Shown here: positions 23,956 to 36,138 of the stretch, one piece after another | Layout: the number at the start of each line of letters is the position of its first letter | How positions within the stretch are numbered: the first letter of the stretch is position 1 | The notes under the pieces: generated by a model | The model's input: the letters and a program-made list of their open reading frames with translations, nothing else | Databases searched by the model: none | Told to the model about the DNA's origin: nothing | Made by a program: the position numbers and the translations under genes | Assembly: GCF_000143415.4 (NCBI RefSeq) | Contig: NW_003314281.1 | Coordinates: 242,417 to 306,416, forward strand | DNA length: 64,000 bases | Direction: 5' to 3' | Source: Selaginella moellendorffii | Lineage: Eukaryota; Plantae; Lycopodiophyta

Positions 23956-25127
23956 TTTTCAACACTTAGCCAAAACTAAAGTGAAGACCATAAGATGGAC
24001 TTATATGATACACAACCTCCTCATATACAAAGCTATAGTATAGGTACTAATATCTAACTCCAAATAACTAAGTTGGACATCACCATCTTAGACAATATAC
24101 AAAGCTATAGTATAGGTACTAATATCTCAACTGCAAATAACTAAATTGGACATCACCATCTTTGTCTAAGGTGTAAGGCTACTATTGAATCACCATCTTT
24201 GCCTAAGGTGTAAGGTTACTATTGAATAACAACAATATTAACACCTCCATTTCTACATTAAATCTACCAATCCTTTCATTGTGTAGATTAGCTATTCCAT
24301 GTAAAGCAACTAGTCATCCACCCGTACTATAGTCCTATGGTGGATACCTTTGTTCGTGGATATTCCACATAAGAGGAAAGATATATGCATGGATGCCCAA
24401 TACGTACGATTTCAAATTTAGGGATAAGAATATATCTTGCTCAAGAGTATATTATATTTTTAAGTAACCACTAATTAATGAGAATTGAACCTGTGCCATT
24501 TGCTCCGATACTATATATAGCGCATCTTATCTCTCTCCCCTTAAACCAACTAGAAAAGGGGCAATTGCTTGATGAGAGAGCCCTTAATAGCTATTTTATC
24601 CCTATTTATCCCATAAAGTTCTAAGAATTCACAATAATAGTATTTCCAAATCTCATCCTATGATCATATGCACTATAGTTACCAATATTAAGTCAAGATT
24701 AATGAATGTTCACTACTCTCATAAAGTATAATAAAATGCAAAGTGCAACTTGCCACCAAGCATAATAGTACAAAAGAAAGGCATAAAAGTCACCTTTCTA
24801 GAATAGTGTAACAACCATTTTTCTACACTAACTATAGACTCTATCGTTTTAGCCCCAAAAGTTACCATCCCTTTTGAGTCATATTATATAAAGGTCTAAG
24901 TTAACCAAAGTTAACTCCAACCTTATTATTAGTTTGTAATAACTTTCAAAAACAGAATGGTTTTTGGCCAAGTGATCAATAAATTAGCATTGGAAAAACC
25001 TAAGAAAATTTATGAAAAATTTTATATCCTAGAGAAAGTATAACTCTCAGTTTAGGAGTACAAACTTTCAAGACTCAACCAACTTCCTCTTATCACAACT
25101 TCATATAGGTTCATCTTAACACAAATT

Positions 25128-25291
25128 TGTAAGCTTATGAATTTGGACTTCTCGAGAGGTCACCCAGCCCAAGGACTATTCAAACCTAAGAACATTTAAC
25201 CCCAAGTATCCTAAAACCCTTAAACAATTAGAAAAGGGGGTGTACTCTCATTTATAGGCATCTTTCAAATTGTTTTATTTGGTTTCTTACA
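25128..25291 (-). mobile_element. Cassandra-like solo LTR (164 bp) carrying a 5S rRNA-derived segment
   Basis: TGTAAG...CTTACA termini with an AAATT/AAATA 5-bp TSD, absent from the homologous site in the 46.4-kb copy. The minus strand reads TTAAATGTTCTTAGGTTTGAATAGTCCTTGGGCTGGGTGACCTCTCGAGAAGTCC, similar to the 5S A-box/IE/C-box region. Confidence 0.75.
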
Positions 25292-26799
25292 AAATACTTA
25301 TGATCTAATAACAAGATTAAGCATCGAACATCATGCCCATATTTGACATTCAACATCGACATCTGTAAAATGAAAATGAATACCCAAAACTTGATCATGA
25401 AAACTATATCTTTAGATATCTATATTGCATTAACACTTTTCTTCAATCATCTTTAAAATCCATGTGAAGCCAAAACACTAACAAAAAAAATGATATGAAA
25501 AATCAAGTTCTATGAAAAAACTTCTCATCACTTGAAACAATAATATCACTTCCAGTAACACAAGTGTTACCAATATCAGTGGCTTAACTTCATACTTTCT
25601 CCATCCAACAATGTACTCTAAGTGCTAATGAATCCCAACAAGCTATAAATGCTATAACCCTTTCCAACACCTCAATGGGCAAACTCCCAAAAAACAAATT
25701 ACCAACTCAAACTTAACATAATAGACCACCATTGAGAACCAAGTTAAAGCTATTTTAATGTTACTACTTGCAATTAGACTAACTTCACTATCAACCACTT
25801 TGGGGTTGATTATTGTTTGACTAAGCAACTTTGTAAACATATTGCTTACGACCATATGGATATAATATAAATATCACAATGACTTGATCATCAATTGAGT
25901 AACATTATGAACAATGCCCATGTCACTGCTACAAAAATTTATGTAAGTATCAAATGCCAACTCAATTCAACAAAATATAACATAAATACCACACCCCATT
26001 GATAGAGATTTACAACACCCAACACCACTATCTTTTGTTCACAACATAAACAAGTACTATCTTTTTTATCAAACTCAAAACTAATCCAATACCAAGCTAT
26101 TCAAAGAGTAATAGTAAGGTTCCCCAAAAAAGAAATAAGTATTATAGCCTAAGTCTTTAATGGCAAGCTTAGACAAAATGGTTTAGCCTTCACCACTATC
26201 CATTTCATAACTCACCACTTATAAAACAATCATAACCAACAGGCATCAAGGTAGGGACTCTTGATTACATGATGTGAATATAAACAATAAAATCACACAT
26301 TGTTGTAAATCATATCTCCAAGAAAAGGAAATGATTTATGTGTTTGATCCTTCATCCCTAATGACCCTCTTTTAGGTTTGAACTTTGACTAAACCTTTAG
26401 CTTATATTCATACTATCTTTAATTCAATCTAAGAAAAGTTTATGAGAATGATTACTTGAACCAATATACTAATCCCTACAGTCTTGATTGATCCATTTAT
26501 AATCATGCTTAAGAAAGATTCACTAATATTGTGCTAAACAGTTATAGATTAGCCTATTTGCCACTTGTAGCAAATCCAGGCGAGGTTTACTTTTACCCAT
26601 GATAGTTTAACTCATGGTAACCATTGATAAGCTAACACTAATCCTACCAATTCAAATTATAACCTTGAGTTGCTAATATGCCTTACTCACGAGCCCAAAT
26701 GCAAATCAATCCTTCCTATGAGTCCAAACACAAGCTCACACAATATAATATAAAAAAGTAACCAAAATCAAGTTTTGTATAATTTCATTCCATTAAAGA

Positions 26800-27245
26800 G
26801 CGTGGTATTGTCAAATACTATCATGTTAGTATATACCTAGTTCAGGCATATTGTTCTTACAAAGAATCTCTTTGACCAGATGCCGTACTTGAACATCTTT
26901 TCCTGGAACATCATGCTTACAGCATACACTCACAACTCTATATTTACTTCAATATTGGAGTTCTTTAACTCAATGAAGATCATTGAAAAAAGTTTTGATT
27001 CTTTTACTCTCCTCTTGGTTTTGATGGCTTGTAATCAAGTCAGGAAAGTTTACAATGGTCAACATCCAAGCATATCAATCAAGCAGCAAAAATGCTACTT
27101 GGTAGCCTTTATGACAAAATCTTGGATCAAGGAGACAAAGATATGGGTTGGGTATTTGGATGATGTCGAGAGTTTGGTTTTGAGCATGCCTTTTGTTCAC
27201 AAAGTGTCGAACTGGACTTGTTTGTTGGGGGCATGGGATAGATAG
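26800..27245 (+). pseudogene. PLS-class PPR (E-domain) gene fragment embedded in TE sequence
   Basis: LFDQMPYLNIFSWNIMLTAYT, DSFTLLLVLMAC, GYLDDVESLVLSMPF...WTCLLGA. Truncated and flanked by LARD sequence. Confidence 0.75.
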
Positions 27246-27488
27246 CAGTGAAGAGCTAAACCATTTTGCTTAGGCTTGCCATTGAAACAAAATCCATACC
27301 CAATGAATGAATGCAAAGTCATAGCACCCAAATGTGTACCCACTCAGATCATTTTCATCTTTGTGTATGCAATGAGATTAGTTGCCTAATCTTATTTAAT
27401 AGTACTCACTAAGACTCATCCTCTAATATCAAATGTAGCACATGTAGTTTTTACCCTTTATCTTATAGTGATTTACCATAGGATAACT

Positions 27489-30400
27489 AGGTGTTAACTC
27501 ATTGCTTGTGTTCACATCATGCAATCAAGAGTCCCTATCTTGATGCATGTTGGCTATAATGGTTTTATAAATGGTGAGTTGTGGGATGGATAGTGGTGAA
27601 GCGCTATACCATTTTGTCTAGGCTTGCTATTGGAAGACTTGAGTTACAATGCTCAATTCTTTTCCAAGGAACCTTGCTATTGTTCTTTGAGTAGCTTGGT
27701 GTTGGATTAGTTTTGAGTTTGGTCGAAAAGAGAGTGACATGAGCTTGTCCATGTTGTGAACAAAAAGTTAGTGGTCTTCGGTGTTGTAATCTTTATTGGT
27801 GGAGTGTGGCATTTATGTTGCATTTCGTCAAATTGAGTTGGCACTTGATGGTTACATAAACCTTTGTAGTAGTGACATGGGCATTGCTCATAGTGTTGCT
27901 TGATTGATGATCAAGTCATTGTGATTTTATATTATATCCATGTGATAATGAGCACTGTGTTTACAAAGTTGTTTGGTTAAACAATGATCAACCCCAAAGT
28001 TGTTGATAGTGAAGCTAATCTACTTGCATGAAGTAGCATTATAGTAGCTTTGACTAAATTCTCAATGGTGATCCATTATGCTAAGTTTAAATTGGTACCT
28101 TGTCTCCTTGAGGGTTTGCCCATAAGATGTTGGAAAAAAAGGTTGTAGCATTCATTTGCTATAGCTCGTCGAATGATCCATTAGCATTTGGAGTAGATTG
28201 TTGGATGGAGAAAATATGTAGTTGGGGCACTAGCATCACTAGCATTTGTGTTATGGAAGTGGCATTGTTATTTCGAGTGATGAGGAATTTTCCTTAGACC
28301 TTGATTTTCCATGTCATTTTTTTTGCTAATATTTTGGCTTCACATTAGATTTTGAAGGTGATTCAAGAAGAATGTTTGTACAATGTGGATATTTGAAGAT
28401 GTGGTCTTCATGATCAAGCCTTGGGTGTTCACTTTGCATCTTGCAAACGTCGGTGTTGGATGTCGGAAAAAATGGGCAAAAAATGTTCAATGCTTAAGCA
28501 TGCTATTGGGTCATGAGAATTTGTGTTGAGGTGAACTTTTGTGAAGTTGTTAGTAGGAGGAAGTTGGTTAAGTCTTGAAGGTTTGCATTCCTAGATTGAG
28601 AGTCATTCTTTCTCTAGGATGGAAAATTATCCACAAATTTTTTTAGGCTTTCCCAATGCTTGATCTGTCGATCATTTTGCCTGAAAACCATTCCGTTTTC
28701 GTAAGCCAGTACAAACTAGTAAAGGGTTGGAATTGACTTCAGTTAGCTTAGATCTTAGTATATAGTAGCCCGAAAGGGATGCTGAATTTTGGGGCTAAGG
28801 CGGTTGAGTTGGATAGAGTTTGGAGTTGGTGTAAAAAAGTGGCCGTTGCACTTTTCTAAGAAGGGTGACCCTTGTGCCTTTCTTCTATAGCATTTTGCTT
28901 GGTGGTAGGTTGCACCATGCATTTCGTTAAGACTTTATGAGAGTAGTGAGCTCTCATTGATCTTGACTTGGTCTTGGTGGCCCTGTGCCTTGGCTAAGGA
29001 TGGTGACGTCCAACTTAGTTGTTTGAGTTTGAGGTGTTAGTACCCATACTATAGCTTTGGCTAAGAGGAGGTTGTGTACCGATATGATTCCATCTCATGG
29101 TCTTCACTTTAGTTTCGACTGAGTGTTGATTGTATTGCTAGCCTCTTCAAGACATGCTCAGAGCTAGTGGCTAAATGTTTTATTGAGCTTATTACGGTTG
29201 AGTTGGATTTGAGTGGTCATTTTAGTTTGTGCTTGTCTATGAACTTTTATCTCGTACCTGGGGTATTATGTTCATGTTGGACAAGTATATAACTTGATGA
29301 CAAGAGTTGGTGTTTAGGTCTTGTGAAGGCAAGTTGAGGAGTGATTGTTAGTTGCTTTGCGACTAATGCTTACTTGTAGACTTCATCAAGGACTGTTAAC
29401 ACTTGCTTTGCTCGATGATGATTTAGTAGTGATGGGCTTGCTTTACCGAATGGTGTTGCGGAGGATCGTGTCATTAGGCTTGCATGGTTTTTCCATGTTA
29501 GCATATCAATTCCTTTGTCGATATCATTTGGTTACGTTTGGTCTATAGTGTTGGATTTCATTGAGTCTTGGATGTGGTGATTCACTCCTTGATGATGTGT
29601 TATCTGTAATTGAGTTTTGCTGAAGGATTGGTCTCGGATACTAAGTATAATATCTTTGACTTTGGTTAGCTTGGTTGCTGGAAAGCTCCGAGTGGTAATT
29701 CACTCTTGCTTTCTTCTAGTTTTGTTATGGTGTTGATGGCATTGAAGTGATGCCTTATCATTGACATTGTTGATATTAAGACTTGAGTGAGATGAGATAT
29801 CTCTCCACAAAATTGATGTCGAGTTTCATTAGTCTTGATGAAAATTGTGTTGATGATTTGGCTATGGCTTTGTGTTATTGGCATTCGTGCATTTGCTAAT
29901 TAGCAATTATGTTGACGTTCAAATGAACTGAGTGGCAAGTTTGAGTTAGTTGTGTTCTAGATGAGATTATTCAGTAGAGGTTAAGCTTTAGCTTTTCCTT
30001 GAAAAGTGATTTAGTTGTGGACTATGCTAACTCTACAAGAGGAGGAGTTAGTGATCGATGTTAGAATGTTTGAATCCTTATTGGATTTGGATTGGAATAT
30101 ATTGGTCATTGATGATTCTTCTTGTGCTTGTTATAACGTGAGTTATGTCTTGCTATAGATGGATTCATAAAGGATCGATTTGGTGATCACTTGTTGAGCA
30201 TAACTCCATTGTGCTTAGCTTTTGGATTGATGTAGATATGCTCTTCAATAGTTTTGGCATTATGAAGTTTAGCTTATGGTTATGTTAGGAAAGACATTGT
30301 GGGTTGCACCATGATTTAACATTGAAGTTAGCTTCTATAAGACTCGTGATCATTATTAAGCAAGATTTAGCTACAGGCTTCTTCGAGCGTTTGGATCCTT

Positions 30401-31056
30401 GGGTTTTGTGCTCATTGTTTCATTTGTTAAAAGTTGTTGGGGAAGGCATTTTGGCTCCTAGCTTCGATGTTAAAGTTAGTATTTGCATTTAGCAATGACG
30501 GTCATGTAGGATAGTTGATTATCCTTGTCAAAAGTTTTTCTTGATTATTGTTATTCTAGAATGATTTGCCATTCTTCGGGATGGTGAATTTTTTTTCTTC
30601 GATGATGATTTTGCGTCTCTTTCTTGATAGGATGATTGATGATCTTTCATGGTGGTTAGTTATTCTCTTTGATGGCTTATGGCTTTTTGGCAATATTACA
30701 TGTTGTTTGTGGTTTGCTTTGATTTAGTTTATTGGGTTTGAGACATCACTAGGATGTTACTGACACTTGCTTAAGCACCTTGAGTTCCTTGGTGTTGTTG
30801 GTTGGGATTTATTTGGATTGGCTAGTGTGATAGTTGGCATGAATGAGTGTTTGTTGGTCTTACCGCATTCATTTTATTCTGTTGATTGTTGCTCAAGTTA
30901 ATTATGATAAATTGGGACGTTATTTCCTTTGGGTTATACATTCGCGAGCATTGTGCTTGTTAGTCAATGATACTTTGTGTTCTTTGAGTTGTGTTTTGTG
31001 AGTTGTTTGGCATGCTATCTGCCATTTTCGGTAGTTAAGTTTCATCATTGAGTTTC
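27489..31056 (+). mobile_element. Old forward LARD-like copy, internal part (continues at 55862)
   Basis: Colinear with ~45436-49032 and interrupted at 31057 by the TRIM. Confidence 0.85.
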
Positions 31057-31450
31057 TGTTAGGCACCAGGTCAGGATAATAGGATAAGGAAAGGGCCCTG
31101 CAATCAAGTGATCACCCCTTTAGCCAGTTGGCTTAGGGTGTAAGGGATAGGATCCTAACATTGGTATCAGAGGCCAGTTCGATTCTCGTGGCTGACGAGT
31201 GGGGCAGGAATATTCTGAAGGAATATTCAACATGGTGGATCTAGAGGGAGAACCAAGGTTTGGTAGACCCTAAGAGAAGGACCATGGTGACCGGATGGTG
31301 GCCTAAGTATGATCGCGGACGATCATTCCCTGACGAGGGGGAGGATTGTTAGGCACCAGGTCAGGATAATAGGATAAGGAAAGGGCCCTGCAATCAAGTG
31401 ATCACCCCTTTAGCCAGTTGGCTTAGGGTGTAAGGGATAGGATCCAAACA
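31057..31450 (+). mobile_element. Complete TRIM (394 bp; 104-bp LTRs at 31057-31160 and 31347-31450)
   Basis: TGTT...AACA LTRs with one difference seen, PBS TGGTATCAGAG (tRNA-iMet), PPT GAGGGGGAGGA, ~186-bp non-coding interior. Confidence 0.93.
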
Positions 31451-31454
31451 TTAT

Positions 31455-34400
31455 TGTTAGGCGCCAGCTTTGACTACGTGGTCAACGTCGGTCAAAGGGA
31501 GGCTCAAGGGTATATTAAGGCATGTTAGGGTAAGGGACAAAACCTACCCTAGGGCTCACAGTGGAGGGGCGGCACAGTGGAGCGGCGGCGTAGTGGAGCT
31601 TTTGAGGTAGCTCGGGGGTGGTTGGGTGGTGAGGAACCTCAAGAGGTGGTGTAGCATAGTCTTGGGCAACTAGATCTTTGTCTTTTTGCGCCGGATCATA
31701 ACATTGGTATCAGAGGATTGGTTGCGATGGCCGACCAAGCTGAACACTGGAATCCTATCATCGATGGTGGTGCCGACGGTGGTGCCGACGATGGTGCCGA
31801 CGAAGCTGCAGAGATTTGGACCATTCAAGATGTGGTTCATGAGCTGCGAGCCCTTAATAAAAATCAGTAAGAGATGCAAGACGAGATGCATGGCATGATG
31901 GATACCATGCGTGGGCGTGTTGAGGCACTCGAGGCTGGACGGGGTAGCGCTCCAAGTAAGCCTTCTTTGGTAGATCGACTCAAGATTCCAACCTTTTCTG
32001 GTGATGGTGGTGTGGACGAGTGTCTCGCTTGGCTAGCCAATGTGAAGAAGTTCTTGGCTGCTAGAGGAACTCCAGATGCAGAGGCTTTAGTGGCTATTCC
32101 GATGGTTTTGCGTGATGCGGGTCTTCGATGGTGGAATTGGCTTGAGGAGTCCCATGTTGCGGATAAGAAACCACCGGTGTCTACCATGGATGAGTTTGAG
32201 GCTGCTTTTCGTTTACGTTTTGCCCCTCATTACGACATGGAGAATGCTCGTACAGAACTTCACCATTTCCAGCAAGGGAAAATGACGCTCGGGGACTATA
32301 TTGAGAAGCTTACTCGCTTGATTAGTCGTGTTCCAACGAAGGATCCAGATCAGAACAAGTCCTACTTCATTGATGGCCTCCATAGTGAGAGTATGCGGCA
32401 ACACTTGCGTCATTCTCAGCCTACAAAGAGTTTGGAGGAGCTCTTTGATGCGGCCCGTCGCCTTGACAATGACAAGCACAAGTCTCGCAAGCGTTCGCGG
32501 AGTCCTTCTGTTGCGAATCGTCGTGATGATCGCCGTGGACACAAGGAGGGGAACAAGCATCACAAGTTGAAGTCGGTGGTGACTACTTCAGATGCAAAGG
32601 GGTCCAAGAAGCAGAAGTTCTTTGTGAAGAATTATAGACAGGGTTGTCATCATTGCGGCGAACTTGGACACTACAAGGCTGATTGTCCGCAGTTGAAGAA
32701 CAAGCAGCAGGACAAGAAGAATGGCCAATCATCTTCTCACGGTAAGTCAGATACTAAAAAGTTGCAAGCTTTACAGCGTGAGGATGACGAGAACGACCAT
32801 TCCGGTCGGAGGAAGAGACTTTCGATCGTTGCTCGTCAACTCAACTGTGTGTGGAACAAGATGGAGCTCGAGGATACGCGTGAATCAGCTTTAATGCTGG
32901 AGGGCGTGTTCCGTGGCGATCTAGTGCGGATTTTACTGGATAGTGGGAGCGATGACAACTTTGTTTCGGCAAAGTTTGTTGCGGAGCATCGCCTGAACAC
33001 ACGTGGAGTTGTTCCATACACAGTGGAAGGTGCAGCTACCTTTGCTCAGCATTTCGATGCTTGTGTCGAGGGGCTGGAAGTGTTGGTTGGCAAAACCACA
33101 CTTGTGGAGACTTTTTATCTCGCGGATATCCATCGTGTGGATCTCATTCTTGGGATGCCATGGTTGGTGAAGGTGGATCCAGAGATCAAGTGGAGCATTA
33201 AGCGTATCTCGCTGGAGTATGGTGGCGTTAAAGATGTGTGGTTTGGCGAGGGCATTCAACCACCAGTTGTTATGCTCTCTGCTACATCTTTGAAGCGGGC
33301 TTGTCGTAATGGAAAAGCACTTTCAAGTTACTTGCTGTTTGTTCGTGACTTGGGGGACCAAGGCACGTGTGGGGGAGAAGCAGCAGTACGGGATGTACTT
33401 GATGAGTTTTCTGATGTTTTTCCATCTGAACTTCCTCATGGATTGCCTCCATTACGAGGTGTGGAGCATGGGATTACATTGGAGCCGGGGATGCGGCCAA
33501 TTTACCGGCGTCCATTTCGGTTAAGTTATGCGGAGGAGCAAGAAGTTCAACGACAAGTCAAGGAGTTACTTGAGTTTGGATTTATTCAGCCAAGTAAGTC
33601 TTCGTTTGGTGCTCCGGTCTTGCTTGTGAAGAAGAAGGACGGTTCAATGCGGATGTGTATTGACTACCGTGCTTTAAACAAGAAGACAGTGAAGGACAAG
33701 ATGCCGATGCCACGTGTGGATGATATCCTAGACAAGCTTGGTGAAGCACGAGTGTTTACCAAGATTGATCTGAGGAGTGGATATCATCAGATTGCAATGG
33801 ATGATGCATCTATCTCCAAGACGGCATTCAACACAAGCTTTGGACATTTTGAGTTTACCGTTATGCCGTTTGGTTTGACAAATGCACCGGCCACATTTAC
33901 TCGGTTGATGACGGAGGTATTTGGGCGTTATCTTCATGGGTTTGTGGAGATTTTCTTGGATGATATTCTTGTTTTTAGCAAGAATATGGAGGAGCATAGG
34001 GTGCATTTGCGCAAGGTTCTTTCGTTACTTCGAGACAGCAAACTTTATGCAAAGAAGAGCAAATGTGAATTTGCAAAGTCGGAGGTGGAATATCTAGGCC
34101 ATATTGTGACATCTAAGGGTGTCAAGACGGATCCAAGGAAGGTGGCTGTGGTGGAAAACTGGCCTACACCGACTATAGTGGCCGAGTTGCGCAGTTTTCT
34201 TGGTATGGCTAGTTACTACCGACGTTTCTAGCATAAGTTTGCAGAGGTGGCTATTCCGTTGACGCGGTTGTTACGCAAGAATGTGCCATTCGAGTGGAAG
34301 ACGCCACAAGAGGAGAGTTTTGTGGCGCTGAAACGATTGTTGATCGAGGCTCCAGTGCTTCGCATTGCTGATCCATCGAAACCTTACGAGGTGACATGCG

Positions 34401-36138
34401 ATGCGAGTGGTTATGCACTGGGAGGAGTTCTCATGCAAGAGGGACAGCCTATTGCATATGAGAGTCAAACTTTGAATTCCGCGGAGCAACGCTATTCCAC
34501 ATATGAGCAAGAGTTACTCTCTATTGTTCATGCTTTGCGGACGTGGCGGCACTATCTTTATGGTGCAGTGTTCGTGGTGTTGACAGATCACAAACCACTT
34601 GTGTATCTTTTCACACAGAAGGAGTTGAACACTAGGCAAGCTCGTTGGATGGTCAAACTCATGGAGTTTGGGGAGTTTCCTATTGAGCATCGTCCGGGAA
34701 AATCAAATGTGGTGGCGGATGCTTTATCTCGTGTTCGTCATGTGACGACGTTACGAACACGATTTTGTCATCATTTGAGTAAGGTGGTCAGCGAGTTTGG
34801 GTAGTTGGTTGAGCATGCTCAGGCTCAGGATGCTGAGGTGGCCTCTTTGCGAGACCAGATGGAAGCTCCTTTCTCATTGGTGGATGGGATTCTCTACTAC
34901 AATGGCCGTGTCTATTTGCCACGGATGGATGCGTTAATTACTCAAGTTTTATTCCACTATCATGATCGTCCAGAGGCCGGTCATTTTGGGGGGAAGAAGA
35001 CGTATGAGTTGATTAAGCGCAACTTTTATTGGAGGAATATGAAGGCTGATATCCTCAAGTATTGTAAATCATGCGAGCTTTGTCAGCGGGTTAAGGTGCC
35101 ACGGGAGAAGCCGGGGGGACTTTTGCAACCTTTACCTATTCCTCAGAGCCGTTGGTGTAGTATCTCTATGGACTTCATCACTTGTTTGCCACGAACACAG
35201 AGGTAAAAGGAGCAAGTATGGGTCATAGTGGATCGGTTGACGAAGTATGTGCGGTTGTTGGCTCTTCAGAAGACTGTCACTGCCTCAGACTTGGCTGCGG
35301 TTTACTTGGAGAATGTTTTTCCTGATTTTGGTTTGCCGGAGGACATCATTAGTGATCGAGATTCAAAGTTCACTAGTGGATTTTGGAAAAGCTTTGCAAA
35401 GGCTATGCAAGTGACTTTGAAACTCTCGAGTGGAGATCATCCTCAGACGGATGGGCAAACTGAGCGTGTGAATCAAGTGGTGGAGGATATGCTACGTTGT
35501 AGCATTGGTCAAAGGCAAGGACAATGGGATCTATATCTTCCGTTGGTGCAATTTGCTTACAACAATAGCCAACACAGTGGAACTAAGCTAAGTCCTTACT
35601 TTGCGATGTTTGGAAGGCATCCTCGAACAGCGGTGGAGTTGGGATTGCATTTGAGTAAGGACGTTCAAGATAAGCTTGATTCCGAGGCAACTGATCTGGC
35701 CACAGAACTTGATGAGATTCTGGTGGTGTGCAAACGGAATTTGCAAGCAGCTCAGGATAGAGCGGAGAAGTTTGCCAATGAGCATCGCCAATTCCGGGAA
35801 TATAAGGTGGGTGATCTCGTCTTTGTGCGAGTGATCTTTCCGTCAAGTGAGTGGCGGAACACCTTGGTGCCTTTACGGACAGGGAAGAGTGATAAACTTT
35901 CCCATCGATATGCTGGTCCATATGAAGTGCTGGAGCGCATTGGTAAAGCGGCTTATCGAGTGCGGCTGCCAGTTGGGGTGAAAATTCATCCGGTATTTTA
36001 TGTCAGCCAGTTGAAAGGTGTACTATCTCGGAGTGACGGGCCCAATGCCTCCTTGATGTATACGGCTATGGAAGATGGACCAGGAGCTTGAGCAGGATTC
36101 CCCAGAAAGGGTGATCACCGGTACAACTCGTCCTTGGG
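31455..36138 (+). mobile_element. Ty3/Gypsy element A (chromovirus-type): 5' LTR 31455-31703, iMet PBS, gag-pol from 31874, 3'-truncated
   Basis: One reading frame broken by three in-frame stops (34229, 34802, 35204). Contains the CHHCGELGHYKADC knuckle, LLDSGS protease, RT FLDD, RNase H CDASG/TDHKPL, integrase HHCC/SMDF/HPQTDGQTE, GPY motif and the start of a chromodomain-like tail. Confidence 0.95.

Larger units (their letters stand above)
22241..26760 (-). mobile_element. Old, rearranged reverse copy of the non-coding LTR (LARD-like) family
   Basis: Reverse-complement similarity to ~45000-47700 and to LTR pieces of 43647-44792, with many C>T/G>A changes and internal tandem duplications at ~23250-24250. 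Confidence 0.8.

Noticed and set aside
25145-25210. Functional 5S rRNA gene
   Set aside because: Partial, diverged, and enclosed in TG..CA termini with a TSD.
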